NCBI GenBank assembly: GCA_051439505.1
Contig: JBFRWI010000092.1
Span: forward strand, 1-54,246
Reading direction: 5' to 3'
Source: Hormoscilla sp.
GTDB taxonomy: Bacteria; Cyanobacteriota; Cyanobacteriia; Cyanobacteriales; Desertifilaceae
Length of the DNA: 54,246 bases
Below the pieces are notes generated by a model. The model did no database searches. It saw nothing but the letters and a program-made list of their open reading frames with translations, and was not told where the DNA came from. A program made the translations under genes and the position numbers. Positions within the stretch are counted from its first letter, which is position 1, and each line of letters begins with the position of its first letter. Shown piece after piece: positions 18,239 to 28,928 of the stretch.

Positions 18239-20044
18239 ATGGGGAAAACTTTTATCGTTGCAACTGGAATAAATCAGTATCAGATATTCCAACCTTTGAA
18301 CTATGCACAGCACGATGCTCAGGCCCTATGGGATTTTGGCGTATACCAAGCAGGTTTGTCTCCGGGCCAGTGCGTGCTGTTGACGGATACCTCGGGCCCG
18401 ATCGAGGGCCGCTCGACCTATCCCAGCCGGGAAACCATAGAAGGATGGATAGATTTAATCTGCGGTTCTGGAGAATTAGGAGGAGTGCCAGTAACGGCAG
18501 ATGACCAGCTGTGGTGGTTCTTTAGTGGCTATGGGGTGAGTTATGAAAGCAGCGACTACCTAATGCCGATCGAAGGAGACCCAGATGCTACCGAAGGCAC
18601 AGGAATATCCATGCGATCGCTCTTTACCAGGTTGAAGCAAATACCCACCAGCAATATTTTAGTCATGCTGGATATCAACCGGGCGACCAGCACTCAATCG
18701 GGCAGTCTGTTAGGAAGTCAGACCTCGCAATTGGCCCGAGAGATGGAAATTCCGACTTTGCTCTCTTGTCAACCGGGTCAGTTTTGCCAGGAAACCTCAG
18801 ACCTGCGACATGGTTTGTTTGCAGCGGCGCTTCTGGAAGGTTTGCGTTCGGGTCAATGTAACACCCTGGCCCGGTTGGAAGAATATCTGGGGCGTCGCCT
18901 ACAGGAGTTAAGCGACCACCATATGCGACCGTGCCAGCAACCGTTAATGGTGGTGGCCCCTCCAGAAAAAATCGATCGGGCAATTTTGCCTCTGGATAGC
19001 CCCACAACCACGACGCCGTTAACCACGACGCCGTCGGAAAGTACAATTCGTCAGCCAGCAATATCAAAGACTCCTAATGAGAGCAAACCCGTGCCAGAAG
19101 AACCAGAACTACAAGAAATGCAAAACGATGATGCCCAGTTCTGGCGTCAGTTGATTCTTACCAGTGCGGGTTTAGCCATAATTTTAATCGCGGGTGTGTT
19201 TTTCAGAAATAAGGACTTTTTGCTATCGACTCCTGAGGGTGATGGTGTTTCTGAGAGTCCGCAACAGGTCGAGTCACCATCAGAAGCACCCTTGCAAGTG
19301 GTTGAACCTCCGGCAGAATCAGTAAAACCTCCCGAACAACCCGCAGAACCCTTGGAACAACCCGCAGAACCCCCGGCTTTTCAACCTCCCATTCAGCCAG
19401 CGAAACCAGTTCCTTCGACAGTGAAACCGGCGGCAACGGAGCAAGTAAATCGGGATATATTGGGTAAGGCGAGAACTGCGATCGGCTTAAACCAAGCTTC
19501 TAAGTATAGTAGCGCGATCGATATGGCCCGGGAAATTGAACCCGGGGAACCCTTATACGCAGAAGCGCGGCAGGATATTGAATTCTGGAGTCGGGCAATT
19601 CTGGATATCGCTGTGGGACGATCGAAGATGGGCAAGTTTGGCGAGGCGATCGCGGCGGCGAAATTGGTCCCCTCTGATAGCGATAGCTACTCGGAAGCAG
19701 AAGATGCGATCGCATTGTGGACTGTGCAAGCTCAACAGCAGCAAACTAACCAAGTGATTTTGGACCGGGCCCAAGAGTTAATTGTGGCAGACCAGGCATC
19801 TTCTTACAATCAGGCGATCGACCTGGCCCGATCGGTTCCTCGGGGTCAGCCTAATTATTTTGCTGCTCAAAAGCTGATCGAGCAATGGAGCAATGATATC
19901 TTAAAAGTTGCTCAACAGCGGGCAGAGAAGAACTCCTTTGGGCCAGCGATCGCAGCGGCATCTTTGGTGCCCGAAGATACTAAGGCATACGCGCAGGCCC
20001 AGGAGGCGATCGCTACTTGGCAGGAAAGCTTGAAGCAGGAGTAA
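18239..20044 (+). CDS. Caspase-family (C14, orthocaspase-like) membrane protein with substituted catalytic dyad
   Basis: GINQY, LNYAQHDA, FFSGYG (H to Y), MLDINR (C to N), HGLFAAALLEGL, then a TM, a Pro-rich linker and helical repeats. Confidence 0.88.
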   Translation: MGKTFIVATGINQYQIFQPLNYAQHDAQALWDFGVYQAGLSPGQCVLLTDTSGPIEGRSTYPSRETIEGWIDLICGSGELGGVPVTADDQLWWFFSGYGVSYESSDYLMPIEGDPDATEGTGISMRSLFTRLKQIPTSNILVMLDINRATSTQSGSLLGSQTSQLAREMEIPTLLSCQPGQFCQETSDLRHGLFAAALLEGLRSGQCNTLARLEEYLGRRLQELSDHHMRPCQQPLMVVAPPEKIDRAILPLDSPTTTTPLTTTPSESTIRQPAISKTPNESKPVPEEPELQEMQNDDAQFWRQLILTSAGLAIILIAGVFFRNKDFLLSTPEGDGVSESPQQVESPSEAPLQVVEPPAESVKPPEQPAEPLEQPAEPPAFQPPIQPAKPVPSTVKPAATEQVNRDILGKARTAIGLNQASKYSSAIDMAREIEPGEPLYAEARQDIEFWSRAILDIAVGRSKMGKFGEAIAAAKLVPSDSDSYSEAEDAIALWTVQAQQQQTNQVILDRAQELIVADQASSYNQAIDLARSVPRGQPNYFAAQKLIEQWSNDILKVAQQRAEKNSFGPAIAAASLVPEDTKAYAQAQEAIATWQESLKQE

Positions 20045-20123
20045 AGGGCTAATGGCGTTCCCTGGCGGTCTCCAGGGAACGAGGTTAGACTATAAACCGA
20101 GAAGTTTAGGAGGTTGCATTACC

Positions 20124-21029
20124 ATGAAAGAAGATAGCCAAAATTTATGGTTTAGAGAAACCTTTCAACTGAAAGGATCTGTGATACCTAGGATTGGGAT
20201 CCGAGTAGGGATTTGCACATTGTTTGCTTTGATAATTACGGTGCTGCATAATAATTTGGAATTTTCTTTTTCTCAGCCCCTTTTCGGTAACTTAGTTCCC
20301 AGTGTGGTCCTAGGGCTTTTACTGGTTTTCCGCACCAATACAGCATACGATCGCTTTTGGGACGGGCGCAAACTGTGGGGCATTATGGCCATTTCAGTAC
20401 GTAACTTATCTCGGCAAATTTGGGTATCCGTTCCGGAAAAAAACCCTCAAGATACCGCAGAAAAAATGGCTCACTTGCGACTGCTGCCAGCATTTGCTAC
20501 GGGATGCAAATTATTTTTGCGCGGGTAAAATGTCAACAGTGAAATAGAGGCCGTAACATCCAAAGCACAGTATATGGAACTGGAAACGGCGTTGGTCCTA
20601 CCTCTGAAAATTGCCAAATGGATGGGAGATTATTTTACTTCCCTGTACGAGGCGGGTTACATTAATCAAATTCAGTTTGCTGAGTATAACAGATTGCTAG
20701 ACAGACTCATAGATGCTTTTAGTAACTGTCAGCGAATTTATACTACCCCTCTGCCCTTGGCCTATTCGATCCACTTGAAACATTTGTTGCTAATTTATTG
20801 CTTGGCCTTACCGTTCCAAATGGTGGAACAATTGGGGTGGTGGAATGCCCCCGTCGTTGGTTTGATTAGCTTTGCATTATTGGGAATTGAAGAAATTGGC
20901 CTGGAAATTGAAGATCCTTTTGGTTACGACCCTAACGATCTGCCTTTAGATAAATTTTGCCGCTCCATGAGGAATGAAGTTGAAGAATTGATCGCCTCGG
21001 GTTCGAGGTTAAAATCGGAATCAATCTGA
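20124..21029 (+). pseudogene. Bestrophin-family (YneE) channel with in-frame stop
   Basis: LLVFRTNTAYDRFWDGRKLWG and EIEDPFGYDPNDLPLD lie in the same frame, separated by TAA at 20526-20528 (LRG*N). Confidence 0.85.
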
Positions 21030-21072
21030 AACTACCAACCCGTCCCAATACTTTTCGGTTAAGCATATAGGT

Positions 21073-21239
21073 TGTCATTGCGAGGGGGGGGGTACGTAGC
21101 GATTAACTTATGCTCAATTGAGTTAACCCCCCCCCCGAAGCAATCTCCTCGCCCAGTATAAGTCGGTGAGATTGCTTTGGGGGGGATTATTTCGGAGGCT
21201 AACAAATAGTTAGTTGGGAAGACCCCCCCTCGCAATGAC
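21073..21239. repeat. REPIN-like inverted repeat doublet
   Basis: Arms GTCATTGCGAGGGGGGG and CCCCCCCTCGCAATGAC, with an inner pair AAGCAATCTC / GAGATTGCTT. Confidence 0.7.
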
Positions 21240-21418
21240 AGGTTGTATCCCTTGAAGTATTGCAACCTGTCCCATGCATGGGGCGATCGCCTGGGGGCTT
21301 CCAAACCGGGTGTCTTTGCTAAATATCGGTGCTTTGTGCGATCGATTGTTGCCCCAAACCCGGTTTCTTGCTTGTGAGTAATGCTCGGACTCTCGTACCC
21401 GGTTGATGGACTCTTGAC

Positions 21419-22252
21419 CTACAATCGATCGGGATCGATGCTCAATTCCTGCAAACGCGCCGCCAATTGTTCGGCTCGTTGCCGCTCAATTTGGGCTTGC
21501 CGTTCCGCTAGCTCTCGGGCAAGCCGCTCTTGCTCTAGCTGTTGTTCTGCTAGCTCTCGGGCAAGCCGTTCTTGCTCTAGCTGTTGTTCTGCTAGCCGGT
21601 GTCGCCCTTGCCAATCAAATTTTATCTGATGTTCGCCTTGCCTGGGAACTCCGGGACTGGAATATCGATTGCCCAGTCGATCGTACCAATACAACCATTC
21701 CCGGGTAACACCGTGAAAAGTTCCTATCTCTGCACCTATTCCCAAGCCTATTTCCGGCATCCAGAGTGGGTTTTCATTTTGTAATTCATATTTTCCTCGT
21801 GCGTTGAGACGGTAAAGAGCTAATTTGCGTTTGCCTTTCCGCCTAGGAGCGTAAATTACATAGTACATTACTCCGTATTCGGCATATAGTCTTTTTTTCT
21901 GCTTATATTCCCCTGTTGGGGTTATCGATACTACTTCTAATGCGAAAGCAGGTATCACTCCATCTTCTTCCCAGGTGACGTAGCTCAATCGCAGGTTTTT
22001 GTCTTTGATTCGCGGCACTCCCAGTGATAAAAATCCGTGGGGCGCGATCGCACTTTCGTCGGGGTCGTAGTACCACCCCATTCTTACTCCAAAAAACCAA
22101 TCATCGCGGTCCTCCCAAATGTAGGCAAGAAGTTCTCTTAATAGATTAAGAATCACAACTTGAACTTCGCTATCAGCTGGCCGATCGTCTTCGTATGGCA
22201 ATTCTTCCATCGTGGGAAGATGCTTACGGTTTGTGTAATCTATTTTTCGCAT
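21419..22252 (-). CDS. Uma2-family PD-(D/E)XK-like protein with coiled-coil tail
   Basis: Motifs LPTMEELP, LRLSYVTWEE, ALEVVS, GVMYYVIY, REWLYWYD and AEQLAARLQELSIDPD. The usual PD is PH in this copy. Confidence 0.9.
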   Translation of the reverse strand: MRKIDYTNRKHLPTMEELPYEDDRPADSEVQVVILNLLRELLAYIWEDRDDWFFGVRMGWYYDPDESAIAPHGFLSLGVPRIKDKNLRLSYVTWEEDGVIPAFALEVVSITPTGEYKQKKRLYAEYGVMYYVIYAPRRKGKRKLALYRLNARGKYELQNENPLWMPEIGLGIGAEIGTFHGVTREWLYWYDRLGNRYSSPGVPRQGEHQIKFDWQGRHRLAEQQLEQERLARELAEQQLEQERLARELAERQAQIERQRAEQLAARLQELSIDPDRL

Positions 22253-22390
22253 GTTATTGGCAGGGTTTTTGACATTAGTATTGACACTGGTGTGATTTTA
22301 CCAACCTAACATAAGCGATCGCTTTTCGGCAACAATTATTGACACAAAATTATGATAACTTTGGGGTAGCTGAACCCCAAAGTTACACTT

Positions 22391-23186
22391 TTAATTCAAT
22401 CGATCGGGATCGATGCCCAATTCCTGCAAACGCGCCGCCAATTGTTCGGCTCGTTGCCGCTCAATTTGGGCTTGCTGTTCCGCTTGCTCTCGCTGTTGTT
22501 CTGCTAGCTCTCGGGCAAGGCGTTCTTGCTCTCGTTCGAGTTCGGCTTCCTCTCGTCGGAGTTGGGCTTCTCGCTCGCCCTCCTCGGGAGTAGAATATCG
22601 GTTGCCAAATCGATCGTACCAATACAACCATTCCCGGGTAACCCCCCCCAAAAGTTCCTATCTCTGTACCTATTCCCAAGCCTATTTCCGGCATCCAGAG
22701 TGGGTTGTCATTTTGCAACTCATATTCTCCTCCTGCGTTGAGACGGTAAAGAGTCAATTTTGGCTTGCGTACCCGCCGAGGAGCGTAAATTACATAGTAC
22801 AACACTCCGTATTGGGCGTATTTCCTTTTTTTCTTCTTATACTCGCCTCCTGGGGTTTTCGATACTATCTCTAATGCTAAAGAAGGAACCACTCCGTTTT
22901 CTTCCCAGGTGACGTAGCTCAATCGCAGATTTTTATCCTTGATTCGCTCTACTCCCAGACACAAAAATCCATCTGGCGCGATCGCACTTTCTTCGGGATC
23001 GTAGTACCACCCCATATCCATTCCAAAAAACCAATCGTTGCGGTCACCCCAAATGTAGAGAAGAATTAACTTTAATAAGTGGGCTATTGTATCTTGGATT
23101 TCACTTTCCACTGGCTTATCGTCTTTGTACGGCAACTCTTCCATCGTGGGAAGACGCTTTCTGGTTTGGTAATCTAATGCTAGCAT
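22391..23186 (-). pseudogene. Uma2-family paralog with +1 frameshift in a G8 run
   Basis: ORFs 22461-23186 and 22391-22651 join if one base is removed from the C8 run at 22642-22649 (GTFGGVTREWLYW). The joined protein is colinear with the adjacent paralog. Confidence 0.85.
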
Positions 23187-23223
23187 GTTCTTGGCAGGTT
23201 TTTGACCTCAATTGATGTCTCAT

Positions 23224-23280
23224 GGCCCGCCGGGGGTTCAAACCCCCGGCTAATAGCTAAAGTCGGTTAAAACCGACTGA
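23224..23280. repeat. REP-like palindrome pair (GCCGGGGGTTCAAACCCCCGGC and AGTCGGTTAAAACCGACT)
   Basis: Other copies at about 27988-28012 (partial), 29495-29552 and 31906-31963. Confidence 0.75.
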
Positions 23281-23759
23281 AAGCCTTATAGAGAAAGTTG
23301 GCAACCAGACGCTGGTTATTGCGACAGATGTAAGGTGTAAGATTTAATTATTTTAACATAGGCGATCGCTCTTTGGCAACATCTGCCGATCGACAGCGCG
23401 ATCGGGGGATGAATTGTATCGCTGTTGCATCTGGAATGCCCCATGCTGGAACTGAATCGGGATATATGCCAAGCCAGCAAGAAGTCGTATAATAAGTGAG
23501 AGCCATGGAGATGGGTGACTACCGGCACCCCTCAGACGAGCCGCCAGTATTTCTGGCTTGTTTCATTCATGACTCGCTATTTACTACTCTGGATATATGT
23601 CAGAAATAGGATATTATCGGGAATCTAATTGGGAACGCTGCTGTCTTGGGATGCGATCGCCCGTGGTAAAGTTACGGAAACTGACGCTGGCACCATCATA
23701 GGCGGACAGCAACCCCAGAGTTGCGGGATCTATCTGGGAGCAAAAAAAGTAAGATCGTG

Positions 23760-24614
23760 ATGAAGGACTACCGTTATTTGGTTGTTGCTGTTATAACTTG
23801 CTTGGCCATTATGATGACCGGCGGGGTGACAGCCCAAATTCAACCTCTACTCGATCCTGTGCCAGCCGCTGGTATAGGATCGAGTCCTGGAGATGGGGTC
23901 ACTACCGGCAGTGTTCGACTGCCTGGGTCGAAGCTCAAACTGGGAGTTAAGAATGGGGGCTTAGGCTATCCATTGCCAGAGTACTACCCAATTAGTTCCG
24001 GCTTTGGTGAGCGGTTCCATCCCATCGAGAAAACGCGGAAGTTTCACTATGGCATAGATATCGCGGCCCCCCACGGAACTCCCGTTTTGGCGGCAGGGCA
24101 TGGTTTAATTGTATATAGTGGCTGGGATCGCGGATATGGCTATTCGGTGCTATTGCAGCACGAGTATCCGACCTGGCAAACTTTCTATGCTCATCTTTCT
24201 AAAATTTATGTTAACAGTGGAGATTGGGTAGAGCAGGGTGATACAATAGGCGATGTTGGCTCGACAGGTTACTCGACAGGCCCTCATCTGCATTACGAGA
24301 TTCTGGTGCCCAATGGCAGAAATTGGAAAGCAGTCGATCCCGAGAAGCGTTTAGGTACACCGGGTGCGCCGCCGCCTCCACCACCACGCAGAAGATTGTA
24401 TCGTCGGTGGAACTGGGGGGGCTGGTTCCCCCAAGGAGAACAAGAAGACGATCGGGAGACACAGCAGGTATTCAGAATTAATGAATTCCAGTTTCCCCAG
24501 CGCATTCCCGAACCCTGGGACATTATATCGCCAGAGGGTTCGGAGGTTCCTGAAGAAGGAGGCGATCGGGAGACGCCTTCGAGAATGGAAATAAACGAAA
24601 TCCCGTTTGACTAG
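23760..24614 (+). CDS. M23-family metallopeptidase
   Basis: N-terminal signal/TM; ISSGFGERFHPI, HYGIDIAA, YAHL and STGPHLHYE. Confidence 0.92.
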   Translation: MKDYRYLVVAVITCLAIMMTGGVTAQIQPLLDPVPAAGIGSSPGDGVTTGSVRLPGSKLKLGVKNGGLGYPLPEYYPISSGFGERFHPIEKTRKFHYGIDIAAPHGTPVLAAGHGLIVYSGWDRGYGYSVLLQHEYPTWQTFYAHLSKIYVNSGDWVEQGDTIGDVGSTGYSTGPHLHYEILVPNGRNWKAVDPEKRLGTPGAPPPPPPRRRLYRRWNWGGWFPQGEQEDDRETQQVFRINEFQFPQRIPEPWDIISPEGSEVPEEGGDRETPSRMEINEIPFD

Positions 24615-24684
24615 CGCCCAAACCCAACCGTTGTGGTAAAATCAATATGCGCTAGGCTTAGATAAATCCAAAGGAGATGCATCT

Positions 24685-25284
24685 ATGAAAAAAGCAGCGA
24701 AAAAGTCAGCAATTGCTTCAATTGCTTCCGCACTCGCCGCAGCTTTGACGGTGATGGTAGGTGTAGCGGTGGAAGGCATGGGCCCTAAGACAGCTCAAGC
24801 CCAAACAACAAACCCAACAACAAAAGTACGCTTTTATTGTTACGACGGCGGCTCGGATCCAGAAACTCTAGTAAGCACCCCAGAGGGTATTAATGGGATT
24901 ATTAAATGGAGAACGGACTTCTTTGGTCCAGAATATCCCCCCTTGGAACGCTGTCGGCAAGTTTCTGGAAGATTTCAACGATTTCAAGAAGAACGTCGTT
25001 GGGAGTACATAACACATGGGTTGCTCAACAACTACCCAGTAATCTGCTTAGTGGAGTATCGTGGTCAGGATTGCTCGGATGATTCGTTGCTATTAACGCT
25101 CAGACCAAAGGATGACCCCAAGGAAATTATGGACAAACTATTCGATATTCGCAATTACGGCTCGCCTCCATTCTACCACACTGGAGAGGAAGTTGTTTAC
25201 GAGCAAAATGACCGAACCTACATCCACATTGATGAACTGATCAGCAGAAAAAGGCGGGAGTTGCTCAGAAGGGATAATCCCTAA
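24685..25284 (+). CDS. COP23-domain protein
   Basis: Signal peptide; RFYC, IIKW, YPPLERCRQVSGRFQ, NNYPVIC and LLLTL. Confidence 0.85.
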   Translation: MKKAAKKSAIASIASALAAALTVMVGVAVEGMGPKTAQAQTTNPTTKVRFYCYDGGSDPETLVSTPEGINGIIKWRTDFFGPEYPPLERCRQVSGRFQRFQEERRWEYITHGLLNNYPVICLVEYRGQDCSDDSLLLTLRPKDDPKEIMDKLFDIRNYGSPPFYHTGEEVVYEQNDRTYIHIDELISRKRRELLRRDNP

Positions 25285-25450
25285 GCTGGACAATTGTGAA
25301 CTATTAACAGTTGATGCATGTAAATAGCTCGCGCAGGCGGTCCCCGATCGTCAGCCGAAGGGCCGGACGATGTGCTCTCCTCTCCGGGATGCGCTGGGTT
25401 CAAGCGGCGAGGCCGAGTAACTGGGATTGCATAAGAAAAGGGGAGATAAA

Positions 25451-26935
25451 ATGAAGAAAAAGTCGCTATCGTTAATGCTAGTTGGGTGCGTTTTAGCAGG
25501 ACTGCCATTAGCTATTGTAACTAAACAAGGAGTTTGGTCATGGCAAAAACCTCAAAAGGATCTCGGATTAGATGTTCCAGGGATTAGTGAGACACAACCT
25601 ATGGAGCGACGATCGTTACCCTATGAGGAACTCTATAAAAGAACTCGTGAAATAACAGTCCAAGTTAGAAGCGGAGACGGAAGGGAACAGTTAGGTTCGG
25701 GAATAATTATTGCTTTTCAAGATAATCGCTATACGGTATTGACAAATGAGCATGTTGTGAAAAATTCGCAATCATATAGCATTAGGACATACGCTGGCGA
25801 AGAATATCAGGCTAGACGCACGAGAAATCATAATCTATTTGGGAGAAATGATTTAGCCATCTTGGAATTTAACCCCAGAGGAAGAAAAAAATATCTGCGA
25901 GCAAGTATTGGTACTTTAAATGAAGTAGCGCCGGAAAAAGATTATGTTTTTGCAGCCGGGTATCCTGCGATCGCAGATCCTAATGATGATGGAGGATTTG
26001 TATTCTATCGTGGCCGAGTATTATTTAGACTACCTAGACCATTGAAAGACGGGTATCAGGTAGGACTTTCTAATGATTTTGAAAAAGGAATGAGTGGAGG
26101 TCCTTTAGTAAACAGCAAGGGTGAGGTTGTTGGTATTAATGGTAAGCATAGACCTTTGTGGGGAGGACTAGGAAGAGGTTGCGCACCATATGAATACGAG
26201 GATGGTACTCCAGCTTGTGACGATATGAAAGTAGAACCCAGTAGCTGGACAATTCCTATTGAGACGTATACACATTTAGCAGGACTACCAAGAGAGGGAG
26301 AACGGACACCAAGAGGCCCAGTAACTCAGGACCTAGTAACTCAGGACCTAGTAACTCAGGATCCAGTAACTCAGGACCTAGTAACTCAGGATCGAGAAGT
26401 TACGGGTAGAACCGAACAAATTCAACAAGATTATTTTAAATTGGCTAGTGATGCCGAGATCCTAGCTACACAAAAATGGAAAGAGGCAAACCTGCTAGAT
26501 GATTGGAGGGAAGTAGAGAAGAGCTGGCAAAAAGTGATCGATATTCTAAACGAGGTGCCAAGGCATCACTATAGGTATGAAGACGCTAAAACAAAAATAG
26601 CGGAATTTAGCGGGATTTTAAATCATGCTAAGGATATGGTAAGTAGAAGTAGCTATCAGCCTTCACAACCGCAACCAGATCCTTACTGGGCAGCACTCCG
26701 AGAAGGGGGAACAGCATCGGAAATGCTGCATAAAAAACAAAGAGAGGGTACACCTCTATCCCTGCAAGATTGGGAAGATATAGCTGTTCGCTGGCAGAAT
26801 GCTATTTTTTTTCTAAGACAGGTGTCAGATAACCATCCTCGATATGAAGAAGTTACGTATGAAAAATTTCCCGAATATCAGAGAAAACTTGCTCGGGTAC
26901 AGTCACAGGTATCAAAAGCTCGGGAAAATAGATAA
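25451..26935 (+). CDS. Trypsin-like serine protease with C-terminal helical repeats
   Basis: GSGIII, LTNEHVV, NDLAIL and GMSGGPL give an intact catalytic triad. Confidence 0.9.
   Translation: MKKKSLSLMLVGCVLAGLPLAIVTKQGVWSWQKPQKDLGLDVPGISETQPMERRSLPYEELYKRTREITVQVRSGDGREQLGSGIIIAFQDNRYTVLTNEHVVKNSQSYSIRTYAGEEYQARRTRNHNLFGRNDLAILEFNPRGRKKYLRASIGTLNEVAPEKDYVFAAGYPAIADPNDDGGFVFYRGRVLFRLPRPLKDGYQVGLSNDFEKGMSGGPLVNSKGEVVGINGKHRPLWGGLGRGCAPYEYEDGTPACDDMKVEPSSWTIPIETYTHLAGLPREGERTPRGPVTQDLVTQDLVTQDPVTQDLVTQDREVTGRTEQIQQDYFKLASDAEILATQKWKEANLLDDWREVEKSWQKVIDILNEVPRHHYRYEDAKTKIAEFSGILNHAKDMVSRSSYQPSQPQPDPYWAALREGGTASEMLHKKQREGTPLSLQDWEDIAVRWQNAIFFLRQVSDNHPRYEEVTYEKFPEYQRKLARVQSQVSKARENR
26321..26392 (+). 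repeat. 15-bp intragenic tandem repeat x5 (VTQDL/VTQDP)
   Basis: GTAACTCAGGA occurs at 26321, 26336, 26351, 26366 and 26381. Confidence 0.95.
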
Positions 26936-26974
26936 AGTGATTGAGCGTATTAATAGCTTTGAGGATTAAAGTAA

Positions 26975-27763
26975 ATGAATTTGTTTAGCAAAAAAGCGAC
27001 AATATTGATCGGTGCAGCAGTTATATATTTTCAGTCCCAGATAGCTGCTGGGAAAATGCCAGAAGCTGCTGCACAGCTATCGGAAAACCCGGCATCACCT
27101 CTAGTGGCGACTAGGGAAAATGAAGTGATGGAGGTGGCAAAGAAAATCACAGTTCATATTAAAAGATACAGTTTAAGTCCTCAAGCAGTTTTTGCCGGTT
27201 CGGGAGTAATTATTGCTCGCTCAAATAAAACTTATTATGTTCTGACAGCCAAGCATGTCGTGGAGCTAAAGGATTTATATGAGGTAATAACCACCGAGGG
27301 AAAGCGTCATAAAGTGGAATATAGCAAGATTACTAAAGTTGCTGGAACTTTGGACTTAGCGGTGTTACGATTTACCAGCAACAGTGACGATGAATATGAG
27401 ATTGCCAGGGTGGGCGACTCCGATCGATTGTCTCCTAACACTCCCGTTTACCTCTCGGGTTGGACGAAATCACAACAAAAATATAAGTTTACATCGGGAG
27501 AAATCACGGAACGTGGAAATGATGATATAAATCAACAAGAACGACCACGACTAGCAAGAGAAGGTTATAGTTTGATTTATAGCAACAACGCTGAGAATGG
27601 CATGAGCGGCGGACCTTTACTTAACAAAGATGGGTGCTTGATTGGAACTCACGGAATTCGTCGAGTAATTCAAGGATGGGGTGAAAACAGATATCTGGGG
27701 ATTCCCATAAACAATTTTGTCAATAACCTTCCACAAACGATGAGCTTACAAAGGTGTCAATAA
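26975..27763 (+). CDS. Trypsin-like serine protease
   Basis: GSGVII, LTAKHVV, LDLAVL and GMSGGPLL. Confidence 0.9.
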   Translation: MNLFSKKATILIGAAVIYFQSQIAAGKMPEAAAQLSENPASPLVATRENEVMEVAKKITVHIKRYSLSPQAVFAGSGVIIARSNKTYYVLTAKHVVELKDLYEVITTEGKRHKVEYSKITKVAGTLDLAVLRFTSNSDDEYEIARVGDSDRLSPNTPVYLSGWTKSQQKYKFTSGEITERGNDDINQQERPRLAREGYSLIYSNNAENGMSGGPLLNKDGCLIGTHGIRRVIQGWGENRYLGIPINNFVNNLPQTMSLQRCQ

Positions 27764-27834
27764 CCCATGGGATAGTGGTGTAATGTATAGCAAGCATAGA
27801 TAAAGCCATGGGAACATCTAAATGAAAGCTCTTC

Positions 27835-27920
27835 GTAGATTGGGTTGACATTAGGAAACCCAACCTGTTCGACATTAACAGCAGCTATCAGTTGGGTTTC
27901 GTGCCTCAACCCAACCTACG
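27835..27920. repeat. GTAG-type REP doublet (REPIN-like)
   Basis: GTAGATTGGGTTGACATTAGGAAACCCAAC and GTTGGGTTTCGTGCCTCAACCCAACCTAC; a single copy also occurs at about 31765-31793. Confidence 0.75.
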
Positions 27921-28109
27921 ACATAGACAATGTTTTTAGTCTGTTTTCAAGCGACTTTAGCCTCGTTACCTGGCTCCTGCCTGGTAAGCGGGGGTTTGAA
28001 CCCCCGGCGGGCTAACAACGAAGCGAAAGAGTTGAAACTTTGATTTATATTGGTATTACACGACATTTTCCTAACAGTTTCCCGCCCAAAGATAGAGCAC
28101 AAAAAATAA

Positions 28110-28235
28110 AATTTGACAAATTCGCATTTTTCGACTAGGATGAAAGCTATGGGTGGAAAACAGTGCCTATAGGCAGCCAACCACCGGTGAAACCATCCCC
28201 CAGACAGCAAAATAACTGTGAGTCCGTATTTGTCA
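28110..28235 (+). repeat. Diverged duplicate of the promoter/leader of the radical SAM gene (29574-29700)
   Basis: AATTTGACAAATTCGCATTTT...ATGGGTGGAAAACAGTGCCTATAGGCAG...CCACCGGTGAA...GTCCGTATTTG is present at both loci. Confidence 0.85.
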
Positions 28236-28550
28236 ATGGGTTCGGGGGGCGATCACATTCCGGTTGCTGAAACCGGGTTATTGGTGCATTATCTCGGTCA
28301 GGATGCCAAAATTATCACAGAAACCCGGTTTCTTGCTTGGGGCGCGATCGCATGTATGGGCCGATCGCCTGTGTTAACCGTTCGGGGGGCGATCGCGTGG
28401 GGTCGGGACACGGCGCAAGCTTATTGACATGCTGGGAACCGATAATCTGTTGATGCCGTGTCCCTACAAAACCTTTACGATCGCATTATGGGCCGATCGC
28501 ATGTATTATAATTACAATGGAAGAGAAATGTCGGAAATAGGGGAGAGAAG

Positions 28551-28928
28551 ATGACATCAGAAATTCGCGAACAAGAGGTAATCATTCGGACCGAACGGGG
28601 ACTGACGATCGCGGGCACGCGGATCACCATATACGATGTGATGGATTATCTGAAGGCGGAGTATCCACGCAAGTACATTCGCGATTGTTTTGACTTTACA
28701 GACGAGCAAACTGATGCAATTATTTCTTACATTGAAACCAATCGAGAAGCAGTAGAAGCAGAGTATCAAGAAATTTTGCGTCAAGCAGAAGAGATACGAC
28801 GATACTGGGAGGAATATAATCGGGAGCGTTTTGCTCGGATTGCTGCGGCACCTCCCCGTCCTGGGTCAGAAGCTCTTCGACTCAAGATTATGGAACGGAG
28901 AAGACAGCGGGAAGCAAATAAAAAATGA
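28551..28928 (+). CDS. DUF433-domain putative antitoxin
   Basis: IIRTERGLTIAGTRITIYDVMDYL and AIISYIETNREAVEAEY. Confidence 0.85.
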   Translation: MTSEIREQEVIIRTERGLTIAGTRITIYDVMDYLKAEYPRKYIRDCFDFTDEQTDAIISYIETNREAVEAEYQEILRQAEEIRRYWEEYNRERFARIAAAPPRPGSEALRLKIMERRRQREANKK

